DNA from: an uncultured Candidatus Cloacimonadota bacterium
Lineage (GTDB): Bacteria; Cloacimonadota; Cloacimonadia; Cloacimonadales; TCS61
Assembly: GCA_964485055.1 (NCBI GenBank)
Contig: CAZAHZ010000002.1
Span: 1-33,481 of the forward strand
Length of the DNA stretch: 33,481 nt
Direction: 5' to 3'
The notes below the pieces were generated by a model, which was not told the DNA's origin, did no database searches, and saw nothing but the letters and a program-made list of their open reading frames with translations. The position numbers were made by a program, and so were the translations under genes. Below, piece by piece: positions 20,789 to 29,032 of the stretch (positions are counted from its first letter, which is position 1; each line of letters begins with the position of its first letter).

Positions 20789-20991
20789 CTTTTTAACCCC
20801 ACTTCTCAATACCAACAGTGTCTCCCTCTATCCAACTCCTCTCTAATATTGCCCTTACACCTCACTGGGAACCATTACCGCAAACCCTTACCACTTGCGG
20901 TAAGGCTTCTCTAATTCTTTGACGGGTGATCAGGAAAGAAAAATTTGACAAAGAACAAGTATAGGGATAAATGAAGAAAGAAGGAGAAACG

Positions 20992-21279
20992 ATGGAAGGA
21001 AGTAATCCTGAAGAGGAATATCGCAAGGAACTAATTGTCACGGGACGAGTTCAGGGAGTAGGTTTCAGGTATTTTACACAACGTCTTGCCGGGCAATATC
21101 ATATTCGTGGAAGAGTAAAAAATCTATTCAATGGTGATGTTCGAGTGCGGGTAATTGGGAATAATCTGGAAGCATTCCTGTCAGAATTACGAAAAGGGCC
21201 TGCATTTGCAGAAATCTGGGATATAGGAATCAAAGAACTATCGAGAACTTTTGATTATGAAGATTTCCAGATCGAATAA
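20992..21279 (+). CDS. acyP: Acylphosphatase
   Basis: It carries the acylphosphatase signature GRVQGVGFRYF and the later block GRVKNLFNGDVRV. The start is placed at the ATG at 20992, which has AAGGAG 5 nt upstream. The ORF track's start at 20971 is 7 codons upstream. Confidence 0.85.
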   Translation: MEGSNPEEEYRKELIVTGRVQGVGFRYFTQRLAGQYHIRGRVKNLFNGDVRVRVIGNNLEAFLSELRKGPAFAEIWDIGIKELSRTFDYEDFQIE

Positions 21280-22213
21280 AATATTCCTTCTATTACTGTT
21301 TTTGTCAACCTGCAATCTTTTCGGCATGAGCAGTCGTCCTTTGTATGTCACCCCATCTGACAAATACCACATAGTCAAGCCGGGAGACACATTAAGCGGT
21401 ATCAGTCGCAAATATGGAATATCGGTTGAGAATCTGAAACTCTATAATAATCTGGAGACTGACCGCATCCTGATAGGTCAGAAAATCTACTTTAAACCAC
21501 ATTTGACAGGAAAATGGATTTATATCACTGAAAGAGAAATACCGGAGAATAAAAAACATGTAGTCAGAGCGGAGGACACTCTTCCCCTGATAGCCAAAAT
21601 GTATGGATTAGACCTGCTTGAATTGATCCACTTTAATACAATATACAGTTGGGAGCTGACAGAAGGAGATACTATATACTTAAGCGAATCAGCTTATCCT
21701 GAAGAGAAACCAGTAAAAAAGCAAAAACCTGAAAACAGGCAGGAAACAGTAACCAGCCAGCCAGCAGAAAAATCTCAGAAAAAAAAGGAACAACCTCTGG
21801 AAAAAAAAGAAAAGAAAATGCAGTTGGCAGATTTAGGAAAGGAATTTTACCAACCTGTGGAGTCATATAAAATAACCCGACGCTTTAATCAGTCGGAGCG
21901 GCATCAGGGAATAGATCTGGCAGCTCCGAAGGGGACTCCGATTTATGCAGTTTTAGGTGGAAAAGTAATCTATGCCGGAGTACAGAAGGGTTATGGTAAT
22001 CTGGTAATTTTGGAGCATGAAAACCGCCTGATGACTGTTTATGCCCATAATGAAACCAATTTCGTAGCGACAGGAGAATTTATTCAGGCAGGAGAGCAGA
22101 TCGCCACAATGGGCAGTACTGGCAGGTCAACCGGAAATCATCTCCATTTTGAAATGAGAAATGCGGGACATCCACTTGATCCTGAGCCTTTTTTGAGAGG
22201 TAATGGAAATTAG
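21257..22213 (+). CDS. LysM-domain M23 metallopeptidase (NlpD-like)
   Basis: It has a signal peptide and two LysM repeats (YHIVKPGDTLSGISRKYGISVENLKLYN and HVVRAEDTLPLIAKMYGLDLLELIHFN). A Lys/Glu-rich linker follows. M23 motifs HQGIDLAAPKGTPIYA and GSTGRSTGNHLHFEM are present. The start is the ATG at 21257; the ORF track uses the TTG at 21251. Confidence 0.88.
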   Translation: MKISRSNKIFLLLLFLSTCNLFGMSSRPLYVTPSDKYHIVKPGDTLSGISRKYGISVENLKLYNNLETDRILIGQKIYFKPHLTGKWIYITEREIPENKKHVVRAEDTLPLIAKMYGLDLLELIHFNTIYSWELTEGDTIYLSESAYPEEKPVKKQKPENRQETVTSQPAEKSQKKKEQPLEKKEKKMQLADLGKEFYQPVESYKITRRFNQSERHQGIDLAAPKGTPIYAVLGGKVIYAGVQKGYGNLVILEHENRLMTVYAHNETNFVATGEFIQAGEQIATMGSTGRSTGNHLHFEMRNAGHPLDPEPFLRGNGN

Positions 22214-22514
22214 AATGAAAGCTAAAGAATTTCTCTATATTGGAGAAGTGGCAAAACTAATAAATATACATGAACAGACGATACGGGAGTATGAGAGAAA
22301 AGGATTAATCAAGCCGGATCGCAGTAGTCGAAAAACGAGACTTTTTTCAAAAATAGATTTGCTTCGCATAGAAATAATCATAACATTAACTCAGGAATTA
22401 GGTCTTAATCTTTCTGGAGTGAAGATAATCTTTACACTTGCGAAAACTGCTGGTATGAATGATGATGAATTGCTTGATTTTATAACAGACAACATACCTG
22501 ATTTTCGGAATTAA
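22203..22514 (+). CDS. MerR-family transcriptional regulator (small, HspR-like architecture)
   Basis: The N-terminal MerR HTH is YIGEVAKLINIHEQTIREYERKGLIKPDRSSRKTRLFS. The ATG at 22215 (MKAKEF...) is an equally plausible start. Confidence 0.7.
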   Translation: MEIRMKAKEFLYIGEVAKLINIHEQTIREYERKGLIKPDRSSRKTRLFSKIDLLRIEIIITLTQELGLNLSGVKIIFTLAKTAGMNDDELLDFITDNIPDFRN

Positions 22515-22627
22515 AAAAAAACATAGGTTGACAAAATGTTTAATGGCGGAAAATTGTAGCCATAGGGAAACTTAAAGGGATAAACCAGAAACTTATGAAG
22601 AATTTAGGAGAGGTAAGGAGCTAATGC

Positions 22628-23500
22628 ATGAGCGAAAATGTGTTTAGTGATCGGGGTTTGCAGTCGTATTTAAATGAAATTGCTAAAATCGATCCTTTGA
22701 CACGAGAAGAAGAGATGGAATTTGCCCTCAAAGCCAAGGAGGGAGACAAAGAAGCAATAAATAAAATTTTAACGGCTAATTTAAAATTCGTAGTTCGTGT
22801 TGCATCTCATTATCAGAATAGAGGATTATCCCTGAGTGAATTAATCAGCGAGGGTAATCTTGGTTTGATCAAGGCAATTGATAAATTCGAACCTGAACGA
22901 CACAATAAATTTATTTCTTATGCAGTGTGGTGGATCAAGCAAAAGATCATCAGTGCCTTAACAGAGAAAAACAATCTGATCAGAATACCCATGGATAAAG
23001 TGAATTTACTAAACAAGATCAAGCATCATAAAGAAATGACTTACAGTATTACAGGAATTCACCCGGATGCAAAGTCATTATCGCACAAAACCAATGTACC
23101 GCTAAAACGGATCAAAAAGGTAGAAAAGCAGGAAATCAACACAATTTCCATTCATGCAAAGAGAGATAATTCTCAGCGAGATCATATCAGTTTCGAGGAT
23201 TATCTTAGCGATGTATCCATTAGCGATCCCAAGGAACTGTATCTGGCTGAGAAACGAGAAAAAAAAATAGAAAGAGCACTAGGCGATTTACCAGCCAGAG
23301 ATTCATTTATCATCAGAGAATATTTTGGGCTTGAGGGTAAAAGGGGGAAGAATTTTGCCCAAATTGCCGAGGAGTTGGGCTTATCTCGCGAACGTGTTCG
23401 CCAAATCCATAAAAAGGCTTTGGAAAAAATTGCGGAGTCTCTGGAATTTGATTTCGAGGAAGAATTCATCTATAACAGTAATATAACTGAATTGCTGTAA
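22628..23500 (+). CDS. RpoD-family sigma-70 factor, compact (no region 1.1)
   Basis: 290 aa. Region 1.2 is YLNEIAKIDPLTREEE. Region 2 is LKFVVRVASHYQNRGLSLSELISEGNLGLIKAIDKFEPERHNKFISYAVWWIKQKI. Regions 3 and 4.2 are also present (LSRERVRQIHKKALEKI). I cannot tell whether it is the primary sigma factor or an alternative one. Confidence 0.85.
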   Translation: MSENVFSDRGLQSYLNEIAKIDPLTREEEMEFALKAKEGDKEAINKILTANLKFVVRVASHYQNRGLSLSELISEGNLGLIKAIDKFEPERHNKFISYAVWWIKQKIISALTEKNNLIRIPMDKVNLLNKIKHHKEMTYSITGIHPDAKSLSHKTNVPLKRIKKVEKQEINTISIHAKRDNSQRDHISFEDYLSDVSISDPKELYLAEKREKKIERALGDLPARDSFIIREYFGLEGKRGKNFAQIAEELGLSRERVRQIHKKALEKIAESLEFDFEEEFIYNSNITELL

Positions 23501-23596
23501 ATTAAATTTCTGTCTAAATAGTGAGTATCAATTCTTAAAAAAAAACCTTTACAATCAAATCGGTCGCAATATCTTATGGAAGATGGAGGTAAATTT

Positions 23597-23965
23597 ATGT
23601 ATAAATTGAATGTAATCTCAGAGTTTTCTTCTGCTCATCGGCTGGAAGGTTACCAGGGAGCGTGTCATAATCTTCACGGACATAATTGGAAAGTGCGCGT
23701 GGGCATTCTGGCATCAAAGACTGATAAAATAGGCATGACTTTGGATTTTGGTATAGTAAAACAGAACCTGAATAAAATCACGGAATCACTTGATCATCAA
23801 TATTTGAACGAATTAGAATGTTTTAAAGAAATAAACCCAACCTCAGAAAATATTGCCAAACTTATATTTGATAGTTTAAGCCTTATGCTGAATGCGGAAT
23901 TTATCAGGGTAGCAGAAGTGGAGGTTTGGGAAAGTGACCGATCCTCAATGGTATATTTTGAATGA
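23597..23965 (+). CDS. queD: 6-carboxy-5,6,7,8-tetrahydropterin synthase QueD
   Basis: It carries FSSAHRL....G.CHNLHGHNWKV, the Zn-binding His/Cys motif of the QueD/PTPS family, and ends with VEVWES. The start at 23597 is preceded by GGAGGT 6 nt upstream. Confidence 0.85.
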   Translation: MYKLNVISEFSSAHRLEGYQGACHNLHGHNWKVRVGILASKTDKIGMTLDFGIVKQNLNKITESLDHQYLNELECFKEINPTSENIAKLIFDSLSLMLNAEFIRVAEVEVWESDRSSMVYFE

Positions 23966-24567
23966 TCAGGTTAACAGGATCAGAATTTATCACAAGTGCA
24001 GTAAATCCTAATCAATATCCTTCCACGAGTTTTGCTGAATTTGCCTTTGTAGGCAGGTCGAATGTTGGTAAATCATCTCTACTCAATACAATACTAAATC
24101 GCCGTTCACTGGTAAAAGTCAGTGGGCAACCCGGTAAAACACGCTTAGTAAATTTCTTTCAGGTAAAATTTAAAGCAGGAGAAGAGGAAGGCTATTTTAC
24201 TTTAGTTGATCTTCCCGGATATGGATTTGCCAAAGTTAGTCATGCCGAACGTGAGAAGTGGAAAATGATGATACATGACTATTTTCAGAGTCGTTTACAA
24301 TTACGGGCTGTTTGCGTATTGATAGATATAAGGCATCCGGCAGACATTAAGGATATTGACGTAGTGAAGATGTTATCAGAAATTGGCAGACCATGCTGCC
24401 TGGTCGCAACGAAAAGTGATAAAGTGCCGTTATCAAAACAGGCAGGCAGACTAAAAGAATTAAATAATAGCTTTGTCCTGGCTAAAGAAAAAATAATTCC
24501 TTTTTCTTCGCTAAAGAAGAAAGGGGTTTCAGAAATATTGAACTGGATAGAAAGTTACGTAATTTAA
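23962..24567 (+). CDS. engB: Ribosome biogenesis GTP-binding protein EngB (YsxC/YihA)
   Basis: FVGRSNVGKSSLLN (G1), DLPGYG (G3) and ATKSDK (G4) are present. The start shares an ATGA overlap with the queD stop. Confidence 0.88.
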   Translation: MIRLTGSEFITSAVNPNQYPSTSFAEFAFVGRSNVGKSSLLNTILNRRSLVKVSGQPGKTRLVNFFQVKFKAGEEEGYFTLVDLPGYGFAKVSHAEREKWKMMIHDYFQSRLQLRAVCVLIDIRHPADIKDIDVVKMLSEIGRPCCLVATKSDKVPLSKQAGRLKELNNSFVLAKEKIIPFSSLKKKGVSEILNWIESYVI

Positions 24568-24577
24568 GAGGTTATTA

Positions 24578-26446
24578 ATGATATTGGAAAAGATGACAAG
24601 CCCTGAAAAGATCAAACTTCTGAATATTGGCGAGTTAAGGGCATTAGCAGAGGAAGTTCGCAAACGGATAATTGAGGTAACTGCCAAGAATGGTGGACAC
24701 GTTGCTCCAAGCCTGGGAGCTACTGATCTGGCGATTGCCTTATTACATGTATTTGATCCGCTCAAAGATCGTATCGTCTGGGATGTGGGACATCAAAGCT
24801 ATGCCTACAAGATACTCACAGGTCGTAATGACCGTTTTGACACTTTACGTCAATATGGCGGGCTTAGTGGCTTTAACCGGATAAGTGAAAGCCCTTATGA
24901 CGCTTTTGGAGCAGGACACAGCAGTACCTCGATATCGGCAGCATTGGGAATAACAATAGCCAAGGAACGCCTGAATGATGAGGGGCTGGCGATTGCCGTG
25001 ATCGGAGATGGTGCACTCACGGGAGGTATGTCTTTTGAAGCCTTAAATCATGCAGGTCACCTGAATAAGAATATAATCGTGATCCTGAATGATAACAATA
25101 TGTCAATTTCTCCTAATGTGGGTGCATTACAGAAATATTTTGCCGATTTTCTGGTGAGCCGGTCTTACAATAAATTAAAAAGTAAAATTTGGGATATGCT
25201 GCAAAGTTTTCCTGCACCAGATCATTATAGAAGAAAAATTATACACTTTGCTCAGAAATTTGAAGGAAATATTATCAGCACTTTTGCACCTAATATTATT
25301 TTTGAAGATTTGGGGTTTAAATATGCCGGACCGATTGATGGTCATAATATTGCCCAGTTGACCAGAACTTTTCGTCGTGCCCGCGATAATATGGAGGGAC
25401 CTGTCCTTTTGCATGTGATAACACGTAAAGGCAAGGGATATGAGCCAGCCGAAGATGATGCTGCCAGATTTCACGGTTTGGGACCTTACCAGGTGGAAAC
25501 AGGTGAATGCCTGAAGGCATCAGAAATCTCTTATTCTAATATATTCGGAGATAAATTAACAGAACTGGCAAAGGATAATCCGCGAATCATAGCTATCACA
25601 GCGGCAATGACCGATGGCACAGGCTTAAAGGAATTTGCGCGTAAATATCCGGACAGGTTCTTTGATGTGGGTATTGCCGAGCAGCATGCCGTAACTTTTG
25701 CTGCGGGTTTTGCAACTCAGAAAATGAAACCAGTGGTGGCTATCTATTCCACTTTTCTACAGAGGGCATTTGATCAATTGATCCATGACGTGGCTTTGCA
25801 GAAACTACCCGTGGTATTTTGTCTGGATCGGGCGGGACTGGTAGGAGAAGATGGACCTACTCATCATGGCAGCTTTGACCTTTCCTATCTGCAATTGATC
25901 CCAGACCTGGTTATAATGTCTCCCAGCAGCAGCAGTGAACTGGAAAAAATGCTGGCTTTCGCCTGTGAATATGAAGCTGGTCCAATTGTAATACGTTATC
26001 CCCGTGGACTTGCAGCAGTCTGTCAGCCCCGAAAAGAAGAAATAGTCATCGGAAAATCTCTGATCATTGAAAAAGGAAAAGATATTGCAATAATAGGAAT
26101 TGGAAATTTCTTTCCCGATGCCAAAGAATTAGCAGGTCTGATCAGACAAAAATATCAGACTAATCCAATATTGATAGACCCCAGATTTATCAAACCACTA
26201 GATTATAACTTGCTGGAAAAACTGAAATCAGAAGTTCACACAATAATCACTCTGGAAGATAATGCTTTAATCGGTGGTTATGGAATGAGCCTCAAAGATT
26301 ACTTTTGCAATACTCCAATCAAGGTTTATTCTTATGGTCTTCCAGACAAATTTATAACTCACGGCAAAGTTGAAATCCTTAAGTCCAGCCTGGGTCTGGA
26401 AGCAGGACAGATAATGAGTAATCTTGAAAACAGGGGAATTTTCTAA
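24578..26446 (+). CDS. dxs: 1-deoxy-D-xylulose-5-phosphate synthase
   Basis: 622 aa. It contains GGHVAPSLGATDLAIALLHVFD, DRIVWDVGHQSYAYKILTGR, GDGALTGGMSFEALN and the transketolase-like C-terminal domains. Confidence 0.95.
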   Translation: MILEKMTSPEKIKLLNIGELRALAEEVRKRIIEVTAKNGGHVAPSLGATDLAIALLHVFDPLKDRIVWDVGHQSYAYKILTGRNDRFDTLRQYGGLSGFNRISESPYDAFGAGHSSTSISAALGITIAKERLNDEGLAIAVIGDGALTGGMSFEALNHAGHLNKNIIVILNDNNMSISPNVGALQKYFADFLVSRSYNKLKSKIWDMLQSFPAPDHYRRKIIHFAQKFEGNIISTFAPNIIFEDLGFKYAGPIDGHNIAQLTRTFRRARDNMEGPVLLHVITRKGKGYEPAEDDAARFHGLGPYQVETGECLKASEISYSNIFGDKLTELAKDNPRIIAITAAMTDGTGLKEFARKYPDRFFDVGIAEQHAVTFAAGFATQKMKPVVAIYSTFLQRAFDQLIHDVALQKLPVVFCLDRAGLVGEDGPTHHGSFDLSYLQLIPDLVIMSPSSSSELEKMLAFACEYEAGPIVIRYPRGLAAVCQPRKEEIVIGKSLIIEKGKDIAIIGIGNFFPDAKELAGLIRQKYQTNPILIDPRFIKPLDYNLLEKLKSEVHTIITLEDNALIGGYGMSLKDYFCNTPIKVYSYGLPDKFITHGKVEILKSSLGLEAGQIMSNLENRGIF

Positions 26447-26447
26447 G

Positions 26448-27803
26448 TTGAATTTTTATCAGGATACAATTGTGGCACAATCAACCGCACCAGGTAAGGG
26501 AGCAATTCATATAATTCGCATCAGTGGCGAAGATGCCATTTCAGTGTGTGACAGGATATTCCGGGGGCATAAATTTCTTAAAGATACTTACAGCCGATAT
26601 TCCAGCTTTGGCAGAATATTTGATGGTGATCAATTGATTGATGAGGTGCTGGCAATTGTTTTTCGAGCCCCGGATAGTTATACGGGTGAAGACCTTGTGG
26701 AAATTTCCTGCCATGGCAGCCAGTATATCGCTGATCTGATCCTGGCTTTACTGCTCCGGTATATACGTTTGGCAGAACCGGGAGAATTCACACAACGCGC
26801 TTTTATTAATAATAAACTTGATCTCACTCAAGCAGAAGCAGTAGGAGACCTGCTGGCTGCTTCCACAAAGCATTCACACGCAATAGCCGTAAATCAACTG
26901 GAAGGCAAATTAAAGAAAAAAATAAAAGCCTGTCTGGATATTATTACGGATTTGAGATTGAAGCTGGAACTGGAAATAGATTTCCCGGAAGATTTCGTGG
27001 AATCCATATCTTATGAGGAACTGGTAGAGAAGGTCAACTTGCTAAGCAAAGAATTGGAGATACTGGTAGCAAGCGGAAGAGACGGCATGATCCTCCGTAT
27101 GGGCTGCAAAGTCTGTCTTGTAGGCAAGCCGAACGTGGGGAAATCAAGTATTTTTAATGCCTTTCTGGAATCTGAAAGAGCTATCGTTACACCCGTGCCG
27201 GGAACAACACGGGATTATCTGGAAGAAGCTATTTCCTTAGAAGGATTTCTGATCATATTCTATGATACAGCCGGGCTTCGTGAAACTGAAAATCAAATTG
27301 AAATGCTTGGCATGAAACGCAGTCTGGAGATCATCAATCGCTCTGATCTGGTGATCTACATTACAGACAGCCTGCAAGGTGATGATGATCTGTCCCATTT
27401 GGAAGCCAGCGTGGAAAACTATAACATCATAAAAACAATTAATAAGACAGATATTCTGGATATGGAAGTTATCACTGATTATGTAAATAAGGGATTTATT
27501 CCCTGTTCAACTATCAGTCCCGATGGTTTGAATGCTCTGAAAAGCCATCTTATTACCCGGATAAATATTAACCCTGAAAAGCTGGATTATCCTCCTTTGA
27601 CCAATGTGCGCCAAATTGCAGCAGCCAATAAAGCATTATCTGAGCTTGAAAGAGTTCATCAAGCATTAGAGCAGGGTGCAAGTATTGAATTCATCGCTTT
27701 TGATCTGCAGCAGGTAAGCCAGGCACTGGAAGAGATCACTGGCATGATAACCACCGAAGAGATACTGGATAAGATATTTTCCAACTTTTGCCTGGGCAAA
27801 TAG
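26448..27803 (+). CDS. mnmE: tRNA modification GTPase MnmE (TrmE)
   Basis: It contains DTIVAQSTAPGKGAIHIIRISG, the G-domain motifs GKPNVGKSS and DTAGLRE, and the C-terminal FCLGK motif. The start is placed at the TTG at 26448, just after the dxs stop, with AGGGGA 10 nt upstream. The ORF-track start at TTG 26424 would overlap dxs by 23 nt. Confidence 0.9.
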   Translation: MNFYQDTIVAQSTAPGKGAIHIIRISGEDAISVCDRIFRGHKFLKDTYSRYSSFGRIFDGDQLIDEVLAIVFRAPDSYTGEDLVEISCHGSQYIADLILALLLRYIRLAEPGEFTQRAFINNKLDLTQAEAVGDLLAASTKHSHAIAVNQLEGKLKKKIKACLDIITDLRLKLELEIDFPEDFVESISYEELVEKVNLLSKELEILVASGRDGMILRMGCKVCLVGKPNVGKSSIFNAFLESERAIVTPVPGTTRDYLEEAISLEGFLIIFYDTAGLRETENQIEMLGMKRSLEIINRSDLVIYITDSLQGDDDLSHLEASVENYNIIKTINKTDILDMEVITDYVNKGFIPCSTISPDGLNALKSHLITRININPEKLDYPPLTNVRQIAAANKALSELERVHQALEQGASIEFIAFDLQQVSQALEEITGMITTEEILDKIFSNFCLGK

Positions 27804-27850
27804 TAATATCATTATAACCACCCATTAGTAATGTTTCAGTCTGAATTTCA

Positions 27851-27878
27851 TTGACAGTAATATGCATAATTTTATAAA
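27851..27878 (+). promoter_or_regulatory. Candidate sigma-70 promoter for ychF (TTGACA, 16-nt spacer, TATAAA)
   Basis: TTGACA is at 27851-27856 and TATAAA at 27873-27878, in the 147-bp mnmE-ychF spacer. This is a pattern match only, and the promoter consensus of this lineage is unknown. Confidence 0.35.
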
Positions 27879-27950
27879 CAAATCGAAGAATAAAAGAAAT
27901 GAAATCGAGAATGAGAAATATAACTATGTATTTAGAGGGGTATTAGCATT

Positions 27951-29030
27951 ATGAAGATAGGATTAATTGGTTTGCAGAATTCAGGGAAGACAACAATTTT
28001 TAACGCTTTAACCGGTTTAAATGCAGAAGTAACCGCCTACAGTAGTCAGAAACTGGAACCTAACATAGGGGTAGTGGAAGTACCTGATGGGCGTATAGAC
28101 TGGCTTTCAGCTCATTACCAGCCCAAGAAGACAATATTTACTCATATAGAATTCACGGATTTTGCCGGTTTAACTTCCAGCAGCAAAAGCGGAGAAGCAT
28201 TTTCCGCTGAATCCCTTGGTTTGATTAAAACTTCGGAAGCACTTGCTTTGGTTGTTCGCAATTTCAATGATGAGATCATCAGCCAGAGTCAGGGAGAACC
28301 CGATCCACTGTCAGATATTGACCAGATAATCGAAGATATGATAATCAGTGATTTGATCCTGGTAGAAAAAAGACTGGAAAGGATCGAAAAAGACAAAAAA
28401 AGGGGTAATAATTCGGCTGAACTGCAAATTGAGGAAAACATTCTTCAACGTATCTGTGAGCAATTAAATAATTCTGCACCTGTCCGCGATCTAAAGGTTT
28501 TGCCAGAGGAAAAAAAAGCGATCAGGGGTTTTAGATTATTAACAGAAAAACCTATTATGATCATCCTTAATTCTGATGAAAACAATTTTGGCGCTAATGG
28601 TGAATTGATCAGCAGGATCGAAGAAAATTACCGGGTAATTGAATTAGCCGGAAATTTTGAGATGGAATTGAGCCGGCTTGATAAAGAAGAAGCTGATATG
28701 TTTATGGAAGATATGAATATTAACGGATCGGCAATTAACCGTCTGATCAGATTTTCTTATGACATGCTGGGATTGATCAGCTTTTTTACTGTAGGCAAAG
28801 ATGAAGTGAGAGCCTGGACGATTACCAGCGGTGACAATGCCGTGGAAGCAGCCGGAAAAATACACACTGATCTGGCGAGGGGATTTATCCGAGCAGAATG
28901 TTTCCATTATAATGACCTGAAACTATTAGGCTCAGAAAAAGCTTTACGTGAAAAAGGGCTCTTTCGACTGGAAGGCAAAACCTATCTTGTACAAGACGGA
29001 GATATTATTAATATAAGGTTTAGTGTGTAA
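27951..29030 (+). CDS. ychF: Ribosome-binding ATPase YchF (Obg-like)
   Basis: It has the P-loop GLIGLQNSGKTTIFNALT and the C-terminal TGS-like block FFTVGKDEVRAWTI..G..A..AAGKIHTDLARGFIRAE. Confidence 0.9.
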   Translation: MKIGLIGLQNSGKTTIFNALTGLNAEVTAYSSQKLEPNIGVVEVPDGRIDWLSAHYQPKKTIFTHIEFTDFAGLTSSSKSGEAFSAESLGLIKTSEALALVVRNFNDEIISQSQGEPDPLSDIDQIIEDMIISDLILVEKRLERIEKDKKRGNNSAELQIEENILQRICEQLNNSAPVRDLKVLPEEKKAIRGFRLLTEKPIMIILNSDENNFGANGELISRIEENYRVIELAGNFEMELSRLDKEEADMFMEDMNINGSAINRLIRFSYDMLGLISFFTVGKDEVRAWTITSGDNAVEAAGKIHTDLARGFIRAECFHYNDLKLLGSEKALREKGLFRLEGKTYLVQDGDIINIRFSV

Positions 29031-29032
29031 TT

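Noticed and set aside
20684-20970. Possible oriC at the minus-to-plus strand switch between hrcA and acyP
   Set aside because: Gene orientation does flip here, which fits divergence from an origin. But the spacer is C/T-rich rather than AT-rich, and the best DnaA-box-like match (CTATCCAAC) is only 6/9. The CIRCE elements account for part of the spacer. A GC-skew analysis of the whole replicon would settle the question.
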